Below, one piece after another: positions 11,301 through 20,659 of a DNA stretch of 64,000 nucleotides. Source of the DNA: Pedobacter sp. (lineage in GTDB: Bacteria; Bacteroidota; Bacteroidia; Sphingobacteriales; Sphingobacteriaceae); contig SEDG01000001.1 of NCBI GenBank assembly GCA_004295885.1, positions 7,942-71,941 on the forward strand. The letters run 5' to 3'. The notes under the pieces are model-generated. The model saw only the letters and a list, made by a program, of their open reading frames with translations, was not told the origin of the DNA and did no database searches. Position numbers and translations under genes: made by a program. The first letter of the stretch is position 1; every line of letters starts with the position of its first letter.

Positions 11301-11417
11301 ACCATCAGTAAATTTTACGAAGGTTATGATCCAGAGGTCAGTTATGGCGGTTCGCTTGGTGGCGAGTTCTATCCCATCATGCAAACCTACACTTTTGGTC
11401 TAAACGTAAGTTTTTAA
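8388..11417 (+). CDS. susC: SusC/RagA TonB-dependent transporter
   Basis: Plug motif LKDAASAAIYGSRASNGVILITTKRG, RYDGSSRF, C-terminal FGLNVSF. Confidence 0.95.
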   Translation: MNRTLTLILFLLMGFTNLYSQDITLKGTVSDEGGAMPGVSVKVSGSAKVTTTDANGNFQIPVKNGESVVISAVGYEAQTIKFAGQQNIRVILKSSTISLDETVVVGYAVQKKATLTGSVSAISGKELNTRSVASLSTALQGKLPGVTVQQSSGQPGDDGANIRIRGIGSINSTTFPLVLVDGIETGINQVDMNTVETISVLKDAASAAIYGSRASNGVILITTKRGKAGTITTNYNGYSTLQRPTNMPMVLSAYEYLQSELNSFDNAGITVPPSQRVALEQLIEDQRTLKPDNWNRYDTDWRKETMKDYAFMQNHNVSISGGSDKLSFFGSGSYLDQDGLIPNNNYKRTNILLNADAQLLPWAKFSLNTSLRTSNELTPGVNTPKNIISKSLYMLPTLSAARELDGNWGYGKNGDNPTAEAYASGENINKGSEAIVSGMLTLTPIKNFEVLGQYSLRTVTNRSRSLITPYVVSLKGAVKGTYPPQDGLTESWSQTVRNYYRLQTSYEKNIDKHALKFLIGYQGEDNNNSSFFGAKNNFTLGRYYLSNGEGKTATSGGGASSWAMMSGYGRINYNYGQKYLLEINGRYDGSSRFTESNRWGFFPSASAGWVISEENFMSKTKKTIDLLKLRVSYGILGNQDIGNYPYTATVNSGYGYYLGDTKTLVDGVAQVALSNSDITWERSKQFDVGVDLNMFASKLSVTADYYVKKIDNMLLRFPLPYYAGQQPAFTNAGDMENKGWEIAVGYKDKIRDFSYGITVSVNDNRNKITDLNGLNSQDKTQVVGYPNNGVWGYLSDGYYKDAADVASSPKLSNSARPGFVKYKKIFEGPGVDPLLIDSRDQVYLGDPFPHYEYGVNLTAGWKNFDFNAFIQGIGQRSAFLSGIGLKPFANGSNLFRHQLDSWTPENPDAEFPILVPEANSADNFVRSDKWVRNAFYGRLKNVVLGYTLPKKLTQKMKLQNIRLYVSGQNLFTISKFYEGYDPEVSYGGSLGGEFYPIMQTYTFGLNVSF

Positions 11418-11434
11418 TCTAATAGCTAAAGAAA

Positions 11435-13309
11435 ATGAACAATAAGATATTAAAAAGCGGTTTTGTTGTCCTTATGGCAACACTATTGACAGTTTCTTCA
11501 GGCTGTCAGAAAGACTATTTGGATAGGCAACCATTAAGTGACTACCTTTCTTCTAATTTTTATAACAATGAAGGTGCAATAGCCCTAGGGGCAAACGGGT
11601 GTTACCAATTGCTAAAGATGAACCATTTCAATAGCAGTTCCATTCCGCTATCGGTGTTATGGGACATGTATACACCATTCGGCATAGAAAGGGCAGATAA
11701 CAGTTCAATTGGTGTTGGTAACGTGGACCTAAGGACCACTTATTCCGTGGAACTGACTTACGCAAACCTTTATACCTCTGTTGCCAGGTGTAATTCGGTA
11801 TTGACTGGCGCTGCGCCTTACTACAATGACTTGACTGACAAGGCAAAACAATACCTGAGCGAGATCAGGGTCTTGAGGGCGCATTATAACATCCAGTTGG
11901 TCAGTCTATTTGGGGATATCCCATATTTTGAGAAACCTGTAACAGCAGAGCAGCTTCAGACGCTTAAACGTACCCCTTGGCAAGAAGCGGTTGATGCAAT
12001 CATAAGGGACTTAGATGATGCAGCGGTAAATTTACCCTGGATAGCAACTGAATATGGTAGGGTTGATAAATCTGTAGCTTATGGCCTTAAGGCAAGGATT
12101 GCCCTTTTCGCAGGCTCTTGGAATAAATTCGGTTTTGGAAGGGATGCTGTAAAGGACCAGGCCAAGGCTTCTTCCTATTTCAAGGTTGCGGCAACGGCTG
12201 CAAAAAAAGTCATGGATGAAAGTGGACGTTCCTTAGCCAACAATTACAATGACCTGTTTACCAGGGTTGGACAGTTAAAAGCTGATGCCAAGAATGAAAC
12301 GATGCTATTTATGGTGTTTTCAGACTTTGGCGATAAGAATTACCACTATATGTCCACTGGAGAACAGGTTAGGATGATTGGGCAAAGCGGGAGGTTCCCC
12401 ACGCAACAATTGGTTGATACCTACGAAACCAGTAACGGTAAACGTATCGACCAGGCTGGTTCGGGCTACAATCCAAAAACACCGTTCATCAACAGGGATC
12501 CGAGGTTAAAATACACCATTTATACTCAGGGTGATACCATCATTGGAAACACGGGAAGTAATAAACTTAAATTTTTGATGGAGGTATATAATCCACTTAC
12601 CAAATCTTTCGATGCGCAGAATAATGTGAAATTGGTAGACAACGCCGATTATAAGGGTGCTGTGGCACCATTTGGCTATGTACAGAGCGGGGTTGGTTTT
12701 GCTTGGAGAAAATACAATCATTTTGATGATGAAAGCACATTCACGGCAACGTACAATATCAATATTATGCGTTATGCAGAAATCCTCTTGACCTATGCAG
12801 AAGCCAAGATTGAGCTTGCGGAATTGGATGCAACAGTTGTAGACGCGATTGACAAGGTAAGGGCGAGGGTAGGTATGCCAGGTATCTTGATTTCCGATCC
12901 TTCTAGGGCTGGAAACGTAGAAAAAATGCGCCAGATCGTTCGCCGTGAACGAAAGGTAGAACTGATGAAAGAAGCCCTGTATTTCTTTGATATGCGCCGT
13001 TGGAGACTGGGAAGCATCCAGAATGCAGAACCAACTTATGGGTATCCACTGGCCACGGGCGTAAATCCTGCTACCAACACCTATCCCAATGGTTATGACC
13101 AGGCTACCCCAGACATGGTTCCATCTTTCGGTGCTGCTGGTTCAGAACGAGACATCAATGATGTTGCAAGTTATGCAGCTTATGGAAGCAAACTAAGGAA
13201 ACGAGATATCAGTCGCATTTGGGAAGATAAATTTTATCTATGGCCGATACCCCAGACAGAACTTAACAAACAACCATCGCTAGGGCAGAACCTGGGGTAT
13301 GGTAATTAA
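11435..13309 (+). CDS. susD: SusD/RagB lipoprotein
   Basis: Lipobox SSGC, RYAEILLTYAEA, RRERKVEL, YLWPIP; follows susC. Confidence 0.93.
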   Translation: MNNKILKSGFVVLMATLLTVSSGCQKDYLDRQPLSDYLSSNFYNNEGAIALGANGCYQLLKMNHFNSSSIPLSVLWDMYTPFGIERADNSSIGVGNVDLRTTYSVELTYANLYTSVARCNSVLTGAAPYYNDLTDKAKQYLSEIRVLRAHYNIQLVSLFGDIPYFEKPVTAEQLQTLKRTPWQEAVDAIIRDLDDAAVNLPWIATEYGRVDKSVAYGLKARIALFAGSWNKFGFGRDAVKDQAKASSYFKVAATAAKKVMDESGRSLANNYNDLFTRVGQLKADAKNETMLFMVFSDFGDKNYHYMSTGEQVRMIGQSGRFPTQQLVDTYETSNGKRIDQAGSGYNPKTPFINRDPRLKYTIYTQGDTIIGNTGSNKLKFLMEVYNPLTKSFDAQNNVKLVDNADYKGAVAPFGYVQSGVGFAWRKYNHFDDESTFTATYNINIMRYAEILLTYAEAKIELAELDATVVDAIDKVRARVGMPGILISDPSRAGNVEKMRQIVRRERKVELMKEALYFFDMRRWRLGSIQNAEPTYGYPLATGVNPATNTYPNGYDQATPDMVPSFGAAGSERDINDVASYAAYGSKLRKRDISRIWEDKFYLWPIPQTELNKQPSLGQNLGYGN

Positions 13310-13334
13310 ATATTTATTCAACAAAACTAAAAAT

Positions 13335-15146
13335 ATGAAAAAGATAAATTCTTTAACTACCAGTGCAGCTTCATTATTGCTATTGATGGTTATCATATTT
13401 AGCGCCTGTAGCAAACAGGATGAGCTAGACCGAACGTTTGAAGGTGCAAAAATAGTGGGTGTAAAAGTCAATGGTGAACTTTTCTTGCCCACCTACACGG
13501 CAAACGACGTAAACATTGCCATTCCAGCGGGAAGAGATCTGTCAAAGGTAAAGGTTCAGGTACTGGTTGCCAATGGGACCATCGAAAATTTTACCAATGA
13601 TGTCATCATGGATGTGCGAAAACCCTTGCCACTGACCTTAAACGGAAGTGATGGGGCAAATAAGAACGTGATGCTAAAAATCGTGTCGCCACCTTCACTG
13701 TCAAACCTGATCATTGAAGGACTGACCATTCCAAAATCCGACATCTATTTCAGCGCTAACTCATTGATCGTCCAGGTTCCCACTGGCACTAACTTAACTA
13801 ACCTTAAGGTGACACTGGGTTTCATCAATGGTACGTTGCAAGACTTCACCAATGGCGTTGCCCTAAACTATGCCACACCAAAGACTTTTAAGATCAAAGG
13901 TGTTGATGAGACCACTATCTATAACTATGATTTGATCGTTACCACTGAAAAGGTCGGTCCAGCCTCTGTTAGGTCAATGACGATCAATGGGGTCGCCACC
14001 GATTCTGTTGTAGTCGTGGCACCATCTACCCTGGTTCCCTATGTCAAGGGACTGACTGATTTTTCTCAAGCCGCCGTTTCCATCACTTCGGGTTTTGGCA
14101 ACAAGGTAGATCCAGCCTTTACGGGGAACAACCTGAACCTGCTAGTGGGTACATCTAAGGTAAAGATTACCGGAACTGATGGGATTGAAAAGGAATTCAC
14201 CATTGGTGTGCCTAAATTATCCCTGACACCGATATTTTCAAAGGATTATGCAGATTTCAGTTTCCCTACCAACGATTTAACGGGAGTGGCGCTAAGCGGA
14301 AATTACATCGTGGTTCCCAACTATTCATTTACTGCTCCGGCAGTAAACGGACCAAATTATTACGACTTGGCAGGTGTGAGACAAGGTGTGCTTAACAGGA
14401 CGGGTACCACTGTTGCAAACAGCATCAGGAAAGTGGCAACAGATAGCAAGGGCGTTATACTTAGCGTATCATTAGGCTTGATTACCGGTGACCAGTACAT
14501 TTATAAATGGGATAACGTTACCTCGACACCCGTGCCTTACATTACATATAACTCCTCTAGCTTGGGTTATGGCACAACGGCTTTCAGGGCAGCGGGAATA
14601 AACGTGTCGGGTAGCCTTGACGGCGATGCGATCATTACCGTTGGCTTTGCGCAAAAGGCCGATGTGTTGGTATGGAAGGTGACCGGGGGCGTTTTAAATC
14701 CAACCCCAACCAAACTTACCCATCCATATACCTCCACTGGTTTTTATTGGAGCATGGAGCCACTTCCCATTGGAACGCAAGGTTATATTGGTGCAATGTC
14801 CGGAACCAGCCTAAACGGTTTGGCAAGCTTGACGAGCACACTTTCCGAGGTTTCAAAGGTAACTGGCATTTCCGCTACCGACTGCAAGGCGATAAAGTTA
14901 AACGGAAGGACCTATTTGGCATATACAGCCTATACGAGTGGCAAAGGCGCCTATTTCCGCATCAGCGATATCACCGATAACCAGACAACCTCACTACAGA
15001 ACCCGATAATGGATGTACTCATGAAGTCTACCCAGGCCAATGGCAACTTGACAATGGATGCGGATATGGCTATAATCAATGGCAAGCTACATGCGGTGTT
15101 CGTTTGTACCAACATAGGTATGCAGTTCTTTAAACTTGAGCAATAA
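13335..15146 (+). CDS. Surface lipoprotein with Ig-like repeats and a beta-rich C-terminal domain (putative surface glycan-binding protein)
   Basis: Lipobox FSAC after ATG 13335, repeated Ig-like segments, position after susD. Confidence 0.6.
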   Translation: MKKINSLTTSAASLLLLMVIIFSACSKQDELDRTFEGAKIVGVKVNGELFLPTYTANDVNIAIPAGRDLSKVKVQVLVANGTIENFTNDVIMDVRKPLPLTLNGSDGANKNVMLKIVSPPSLSNLIIEGLTIPKSDIYFSANSLIVQVPTGTNLTNLKVTLGFINGTLQDFTNGVALNYATPKTFKIKGVDETTIYNYDLIVTTEKVGPASVRSMTINGVATDSVVVVAPSTLVPYVKGLTDFSQAAVSITSGFGNKVDPAFTGNNLNLLVGTSKVKITGTDGIEKEFTIGVPKLSLTPIFSKDYADFSFPTNDLTGVALSGNYIVVPNYSFTAPAVNGPNYYDLAGVRQGVLNRTGTTVANSIRKVATDSKGVILSVSLGLITGDQYIYKWDNVTSTPVPYITYNSSSLGYGTTAFRAAGINVSGSLDGDAIITVGFAQKADVLVWKVTGGVLNPTPTKLTHPYTSTGFYWSMEPLPIGTQGYIGAMSGTSLNGLASLTSTLSEVSKVTGISATDCKAIKLNGRTYLAYTAYTSGKGAYFRISDITDNQTTSLQNPIMDVLMKSTQANGNLTMDADMAIINGKLHAVFVCTNIGMQFFKLEQ

Positions 15147-15156
15147 ATTGAGAATT

Positions 15157-16038
15157 ATGAAATATAGCACCGTTAATCTTGCATTTATCTGCGCATTTGC
15201 CCTGTTTATCGCCTGCGGGAAAGAGATAAAGAGCGTGGTCGCCGAAACTGCTATAGATCCCCTGGACAATTATTTTAAGGGAGAAGTTAGGCCAGACAAC
15301 GTCAAACCATGCTTTAACGGTGCCTATTATCGTAAGGTAGTTTCAAGCAAGGATTATTGGTTGGGCATTGGGGGCAAGGTCACCTTGCCCACGATGACCT
15401 TTGACCCGCTTCGTGTCAATCCCGCTAAGCCGGGCCAGTACCTGGATAACCCATCAATTTATTTGGGCGGCAATATGGGTGGCCAGGAAACGGACATTGG
15501 CCTTACCTGGGAAGTGATTAAGGATGCCAATGGAAACGTAACCGCGGACAGGAGGGCCTTCAGACCTTTCCTGCGAAGAACTGGTCTAGGGGCGCAGGTG
15601 GCAACTTACGAAAACGCACCGGCAATGGATATGTATTATTGGTATCCTGGCGAGGAAATCAGCATTTCCTTACAGCTATTGACTGATAAAAAACTGAAAT
15701 TCATCGTGGAAGGTGCGGGTAAGCGATTTGAAAAGGATTTTGACGCGGATGGTTACTCGTTAAACGGGCTGGGAGAATTTAAGCGGGTAAACGCAATCGA
15801 CCAGGTCGCCAATGAGGGCAAACCAGCCCAGTCCACCAAAACAAAGGTAGAAAATGCCCAGTGGAGTGAAACATACCTTTTCAGGAGTTACAGGTCAAGT
15901 GTGACAAAGGTTCCGCTACATAGTGGTCGTCTTACCGACATGAGATGCCCGGCATCAAGTTATTTTGCCATCACCGCTTCGGTGGAAGAAATGAAAAAAG
16001 GAGCAGAAAAAGTGAATATCAATGGAAATGGTTATTAA
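15157..16038 (+). CDS. Hypothetical lipoprotein (beta-rich, possibly YrpD-like)
   Basis: Lipobox FIAC after ATG 15157; GAYYRKVVS, PSIYLGG and ETDIGL segments. Confidence 0.55.
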   Translation: MKYSTVNLAFICAFALFIACGKEIKSVVAETAIDPLDNYFKGEVRPDNVKPCFNGAYYRKVVSSKDYWLGIGGKVTLPTMTFDPLRVNPAKPGQYLDNPSIYLGGNMGGQETDIGLTWEVIKDANGNVTADRRAFRPFLRRTGLGAQVATYENAPAMDMYYWYPGEEISISLQLLTDKKLKFIVEGAGKRFEKDFDADGYSLNGLGEFKRVNAIDQVANEGKPAQSTKTKVENAQWSETYLFRSYRSSVTKVPLHSGRLTDMRCPASSYFAITASVEEMKKGAEKVNINGNGY

Positions 16039-16047
16039 AATAAATTT

Positions 16048-17187
16048 ATGAAAAACTATATATTGGGCACGATTGGTGCCACGATCTTAAGCATGACTGC
16101 CTGTAAAAAGGAGATACAAAGGGTTCCTACAAACTATAAACCCCCAGTTGCAGAAACGGCCAAGGTAAATTTCTCTGGCACCTGGGTGACCAACGTGGCC
16201 AGTGATGCGCTTGATTCAAGGGCCAACATCATAAAGACCGTAGCGACTTGCAAGGCCAGTGGCATCAACAATATTTTTGTGGTGGTGTGGAACCAAGGCA
16301 GGACATTATACAATAGCGATATCATGCTCAGTACCTTTGGGGAAAAGATCATGCCCAAATTTGCGGGCAGGGATCCTTTGCAGGAAATGATTGAAGAGGC
16401 GCACAAGGAAAAGATCAAGGTGCATGCTTGGTTTGAATATGGCTTTGCAACTTCATACAACCAGAACGGAGGTTCCATTATCCAAACTAAACCGACATGG
16501 GCAGCAAAAGATAGTCAGGGAAACCTGGTGAACAAAAATGGTTTTGACTGGATGAACGCATTCTTGCCGGAGGTTCAGGATTTCATGGCGTCCCTTGTTA
16601 TGGAAGTGGTAAATAAATATGACGTGGATGGGGTTCAGGGAGATGATAGGATGCCTGCATTACCGTCAACTGCTGGGTATGATACCTACACGGTAAATCT
16701 TTACAAAACCCAGCACAATGGTACCGCCCCACCCACGGATTACAAAAACGCTGATTGGATAAATTGGAGGGCAGATTTGCTGACGGATTTCTTGCGTCGT
16801 CTTTACGCCCAGGTAAAGGCTAAAAAGCCAAATGTATTGGTGACAAGTGCGCCAAGCGTTCATCCGTTTGGCAAGGATGAATATCTGCAGGACTGGCCTA
16901 CATGGCTAGATAAGGGATACGTTGACCTGGTGCTGCCACAGAATTACCGTTATGACTTGGCTGCTTATAAAGCTACCTTGGCGCAACAACTCACCTATTT
17001 AAAGGCAAAGGATAAGGCAAAGTTCTATCCAATCATGCTCATACAAAATGCCAGTTATAATCCGTCACTTACCTTGATGACCGATATGATCAGTGAAAAC
17101 AGGAAAAATGGGATTGTTGGAGAAGGTTTTTGGTTCTTTGAGGGAATCAAGCAATTTCCGACTTATTTTGCAACCTATAATAAATAG
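16048..17187 (+). CDS. GHL10 (PF02638/DUF187) glycosyl-hydrolase-like lipoprotein
   Basis: GTWVT, DPLQEMIEEAH, VHAWFEYG, YDVDGVQGDDR and QDWPTW motifs; lipobox MTAC. Confidence 0.85.
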   Translation: MKNYILGTIGATILSMTACKKEIQRVPTNYKPPVAETAKVNFSGTWVTNVASDALDSRANIIKTVATCKASGINNIFVVVWNQGRTLYNSDIMLSTFGEKIMPKFAGRDPLQEMIEEAHKEKIKVHAWFEYGFATSYNQNGGSIIQTKPTWAAKDSQGNLVNKNGFDWMNAFLPEVQDFMASLVMEVVNKYDVDGVQGDDRMPALPSTAGYDTYTVNLYKTQHNGTAPPTDYKNADWINWRADLLTDFLRRLYAQVKAKKPNVLVTSAPSVHPFGKDEYLQDWPTWLDKGYVDLVLPQNYRYDLAAYKATLAQQLTYLKAKDKAKFYPIMLIQNASYNPSLTLMTDMISENRKNGIVGEGFWFFEGIKQFPTYFATYNK

Positions 17188-17200
17188 GTCATAAGTTTAG

Positions 17201-17240
17201 GCCCCAATGTAACCTGGGTTACTTGGGGCTGTTTTTTTTT
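17201..17240 (+). terminator. Rho-independent terminator
   Basis: GCCCCAA-T-GTAACC-TG-GGTTAC-TTGGGGC hairpin (17201-17229) followed by T9. Confidence 0.8.
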
Positions 17241-17242
17241 AC

Positions 17243-18439
17243 ATGATGAAGAAACTATTAATACTGTTAATCACCTTCGTAAGCCTTAACGGTTTTGCTT
17301 TAGAAAATCCGAAGGCCATCAGGGGCGTATGGGTACCAGCGCCTCGTTTTACTAGTGCACTGCATACCTATGAAAATGTGCAAGATTTCGTTAACCTATT
17401 GGATAGCCTGAATTTTAATGCTGTTTTCTTGGTTTCCTATGCGCAAACCCAGACCATATACAAAAGCAAGGTTATCCAGAAATATGCTGGGATTAAGGAT
17501 ATAAAAAAGACTAGCCTGCTAAGTCCATACCTAGATAACTATGATAAAAATGCAAAAAGCACTACTGCCGATCCTGTTGCAGACCTGATCAGGTTGGCAC
17601 ACGAGAAAGGTATAAAGGTGTTTTTTTGGTATGAATATGGGTTTATGGGCGATACAAAGCCGATTACCAATAATAATGGATTACTCGCAAAAAATAAAGA
17701 TTGGCTTGGCGTCGATAACCAGGGCAAGCCAGCCTCTTATCATAATAAGGACTTTTATTTTAATGCCTATAGCCCAAAGGTCCAGGGCTATATCACTAAA
17801 TTAATTGAGGAGGGTATCAGGTTGTATCCAGAAGTAGATGGCATCCAGGGAGATGACCGCTTGCCAGCAATGCCCATAAACTCTGGGTATGATGCCTATA
17901 CGGTATCGAAATATAAAAAGGAGCATGGCGGTGAACATCCGCCCCAGGATTTCAATGATCAAGGTTGGATAGATTGGCGAATCAATATTTTAAATCAGTT
18001 TGGCAAAACGCTCTATGAGGCGGCCCATAAGGCCAAAAAAGATATCATTGTCAGTTTTGCACCAAATCCTTATCCCTGGAGCAGAGAAAACCTGATGCAA
18101 GATTGGCCAACCTGGCTAAAAGAGGGATATTGTGACTTGCTGGCTGTACAATGTTATCGATATAATGCCCAAGCTTACAAGAACACGGTTACCGAAGCGC
18201 TTACTAATGTTAAGGAAAGTAACACAAACGCGCTTTTTGCACCGGGTATTATTTTAATGGAAGGTGGCACGATTAAAATGTCTGCCGATTTGTTAAGGCA
18301 ACAGATCAAGATAAATAGGGACTTGAATATCAATGGAGAGATCTTTTTTTACAATGAGGCGCTAAATAATAAGGAGATTAAAGAGGTGTTCTCTGACCTA
18401 TATTCAACCAAGGTCGACTTTCCCACCAACGTACATTAA
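17243..18439 (+). CDS. GHL10 glycosyl-hydrolase-like protein (second paralog, Sec signal)
   Basis: IRGVWV, WYEYG, VDGIQGDDRLPAMP and QDWPTW shared with 16048..17187. Confidence 0.85.
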   Translation: MMKKLLILLITFVSLNGFALENPKAIRGVWVPAPRFTSALHTYENVQDFVNLLDSLNFNAVFLVSYAQTQTIYKSKVIQKYAGIKDIKKTSLLSPYLDNYDKNAKSTTADPVADLIRLAHEKGIKVFFWYEYGFMGDTKPITNNNGLLAKNKDWLGVDNQGKPASYHNKDFYFNAYSPKVQGYITKLIEEGIRLYPEVDGIQGDDRLPAMPINSGYDAYTVSKYKKEHGGEHPPQDFNDQGWIDWRINILNQFGKTLYEAAHKAKKDIIVSFAPNPYPWSRENLMQDWPTWLKEGYCDLLAVQCYRYNAQAYKNTVTEALTNVKESNTNALFAPGIILMEGGTIKMSADLLRQQIKINRDLNINGEIFFYNEALNNKEIKEVFSDLYSTKVDFPTNVH

Positions 18440-18447
18440 TAGCAAGG

Positions 18448-19851
18448 ATGCGAGCTGGCAATGAAATAGAAAAATCAAAGCGCCTACTGTCCTTGGATGC
18501 GCTAAGAGGACTTGCGGTCCTACTAATGGTTTTATCTGGGAGCATTGCCTTTGGCGGGGTGATGCCCGCCTGGATGTATCATGCACAAGTTCCTCCACCT
18601 GCACATGTATTTAATCCTGACTTACCGGGCATTACTTGGGTAGACCTGGTTTTTCCCTTTTTTCTTTTTTCAATGGGTGCGGCCTTGCCTCTTGCGCTGA
18701 GCAGAAAATTGGATGATAAGGGGCTTGGCTGGATTTGCCTTCAAATCATTAAACGATATATCTTATTGATTTTCTTTGCCATTTTTACCTATCATGCCAG
18801 GGCTTGGGTAATGAATCCCAGTGCTGGAGTAGCTGAAAATCTACTATCGATGGGATGTTTTGCCTTGCTGTTCTTGATTTTGTCACACATTACTTTTGAA
18901 ACATTGAAGATATCCACAGCCAGACAGGCAATAGGCTTTGTAATTGCTGTATTATTTTTAAGTTGCTATAATTTTAAAAATGGCGGTTTCAATTTAAATC
19001 ATAGCGACATTATCATTGTCGTGCTAGCTAATATGGCCCTCTTTGGCTCAATTATTTGGATTATTACTCGGAACAAACCTTGGCTACGCTTGGGGATCTT
19101 ACCAATTGTAATGGCAATTTTTCTCTCAGGCAAGGCCACAGGAAGTTGGCAGCATGTGGTTTACAGCTGGTCGCCGATTTCTTGGGCCTATGACTTTTAT
19201 TACCTTAAATATCTGTTTATCATTATACCGGGCACATTTGCCGGCGAGTGGCTGGTTATGGCCGGCTCAAATAAACAAACAGCGAAGCAATCGTTAAAAG
19301 CTTTATGGATAGGTGTATTAGCTATGTTAATGGTGGTGCTGGATACCTATTTTTTATTTGCAAGGGAATTGGCTCTTTGTGTGTTCGCTACTTTTTTCCT
19401 CGCGGTGATATTAGTTTATTCATGCAAACGACTTGATTTGCCTAAGGTTTATCAACAACTTGCCGGCTCAGGGGCTTACTTGCTAATTTTGGGGCTGTGT
19501 TATGAGGCTTTTGAGGGTGGCATAAAAAAAGACCCATCAACCTATAGTTATTATTTTGTATGCACCGGAATGGCTTTCTTGGTGCTACTAAGCTTTATGA
19601 TATTTGAATCTTCAGGTTACCTAAACAAACCTTTTAAGTACGTTGCAATGGTTGGACAAAACCCAATGATAGCCTATACCACGGGTAATCTTTTCTTACT
19701 TCCTTTATTAAGGATCTTAGACTTTGAAAACACACTTAATCTTCTAAATTTAAATGCGTTGGGAGGTTTTGCAAGGGGTTTAATTTTTACAATGGTAGTA
19801 GCGTTGGTGACCCTGTTTTTTGCCAAGAAGCGGGTGTTTTGGAAAACCTGA
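18448..19851 (+). CDS. DUF5009 / HGSNAT(NagX)-like membrane acyltransferase
   Basis: RLLSLDALRG, GITWVDLVFPFFLFSMGA and IKKDPSTYSY motifs; multi-pass membrane protein. Confidence 0.8.
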   Translation: MRAGNEIEKSKRLLSLDALRGLAVLLMVLSGSIAFGGVMPAWMYHAQVPPPAHVFNPDLPGITWVDLVFPFFLFSMGAALPLALSRKLDDKGLGWICLQIIKRYILLIFFAIFTYHARAWVMNPSAGVAENLLSMGCFALLFLILSHITFETLKISTARQAIGFVIAVLFLSCYNFKNGGFNLNHSDIIIVVLANMALFGSIIWIITRNKPWLRLGILPIVMAIFLSGKATGSWQHVVYSWSPISWAYDFYYLKYLFIIIPGTFAGEWLVMAGSNKQTAKQSLKALWIGVLAMLMVVLDTYFLFARELALCVFATFFLAVILVYSCKRLDLPKVYQQLAGSGAYLLILGLCYEAFEGGIKKDPSTYSYYFVCTGMAFLVLLSFMIFESSGYLNKPFKYVAMVGQNPMIAYTTGNLFLLPLLRILDFENTLNLLNLNALGGFARGLIFTMVVALVTLFFAKKRVFWKT

Positions 19852-20027
19852 AGTTGGGCAAAGTTGATTTGTCCTGTTGTCTTGGCAGCGCGAAGAGATC
19901 TCATTCGCAATGATAGCCGTTGATATTTGAAAGGCATAAAGCTTTAACAGCCTGATGTTAAATTACCGTTGATAATGCGTTTATTTGTAGCTTAATCATT
20001 CAAAATCAATCTAACATTTGGTTAGCA

Positions 20028-20558
20028 ATGGAAAATACCTGGCAAAATATTCGAAAGGGAGATGCTGACGCAATGAAAACATTGTATCAAAGTTGCTATC
20101 AAGAACTTTTCGCCTTTGGATTTAGAATAATTGCCGACAAGGATAAGGTGAAGGATAGCCTGCACGAGGTATTTTGCGATATATGGCAGCGAAGGTTTCA
20201 AATTGGAGAAGTAATTAATCCAAAAGCTTACTTAAAAACCTGCATTCGAAATAGGCTGCTTAAAGAGATAAAGCAAGATCAAAAAACAGATCAAATTAAT
20301 GACCAAGATTTTGCACACTTGACGGAGAATTCTTACGAGCAATTGCTAATTACGGCCGAAACTGATGCTGATGCTAAAGTAAAGATGTGGCAAGCCATCA
20401 ACAAGTTAACGCATATGCAGAGAGAAGTCATCAAACTGAAGTTCTTTGATGATTTATCTTATGAAGCCATCTCATTAATGTTAGACCTTAAACCCAGAAC
20501 GGTTTATAACCACATGTATAGTGCAATTTGTACGCTGAGAGACGAATTGAAGTCTTAA
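20028..20558 (+). CDS. ECF-type RNA polymerase sigma-70 factor
   Basis: Region 2 (D..HEVF..IW) and region 4 HTH (LSYEAIS..L...RTVYNH); upstream of a FecR gene. Confidence 0.9.
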   Translation: MENTWQNIRKGDADAMKTLYQSCYQELFAFGFRIIADKDKVKDSLHEVFCDIWQRRFQIGEVINPKAYLKTCIRNRLLKEIKQDQKTDQINDQDFAHLTENSYEQLLITAETDADAKVKMWQAINKLTHMQREVIKLKFFDDLSYEAISLMLDLKPRTVYNHMYSAICTLRDELKS

Positions 20559-20659
20559 AAAAATAATTTAAATTTTTCTGGTAAAAACAAACGGTCCGCC
20601 ACTCTTAATATAAATTGAAGATAAATAAATTATTATTTATCTGATTTTATTGATAAGAG

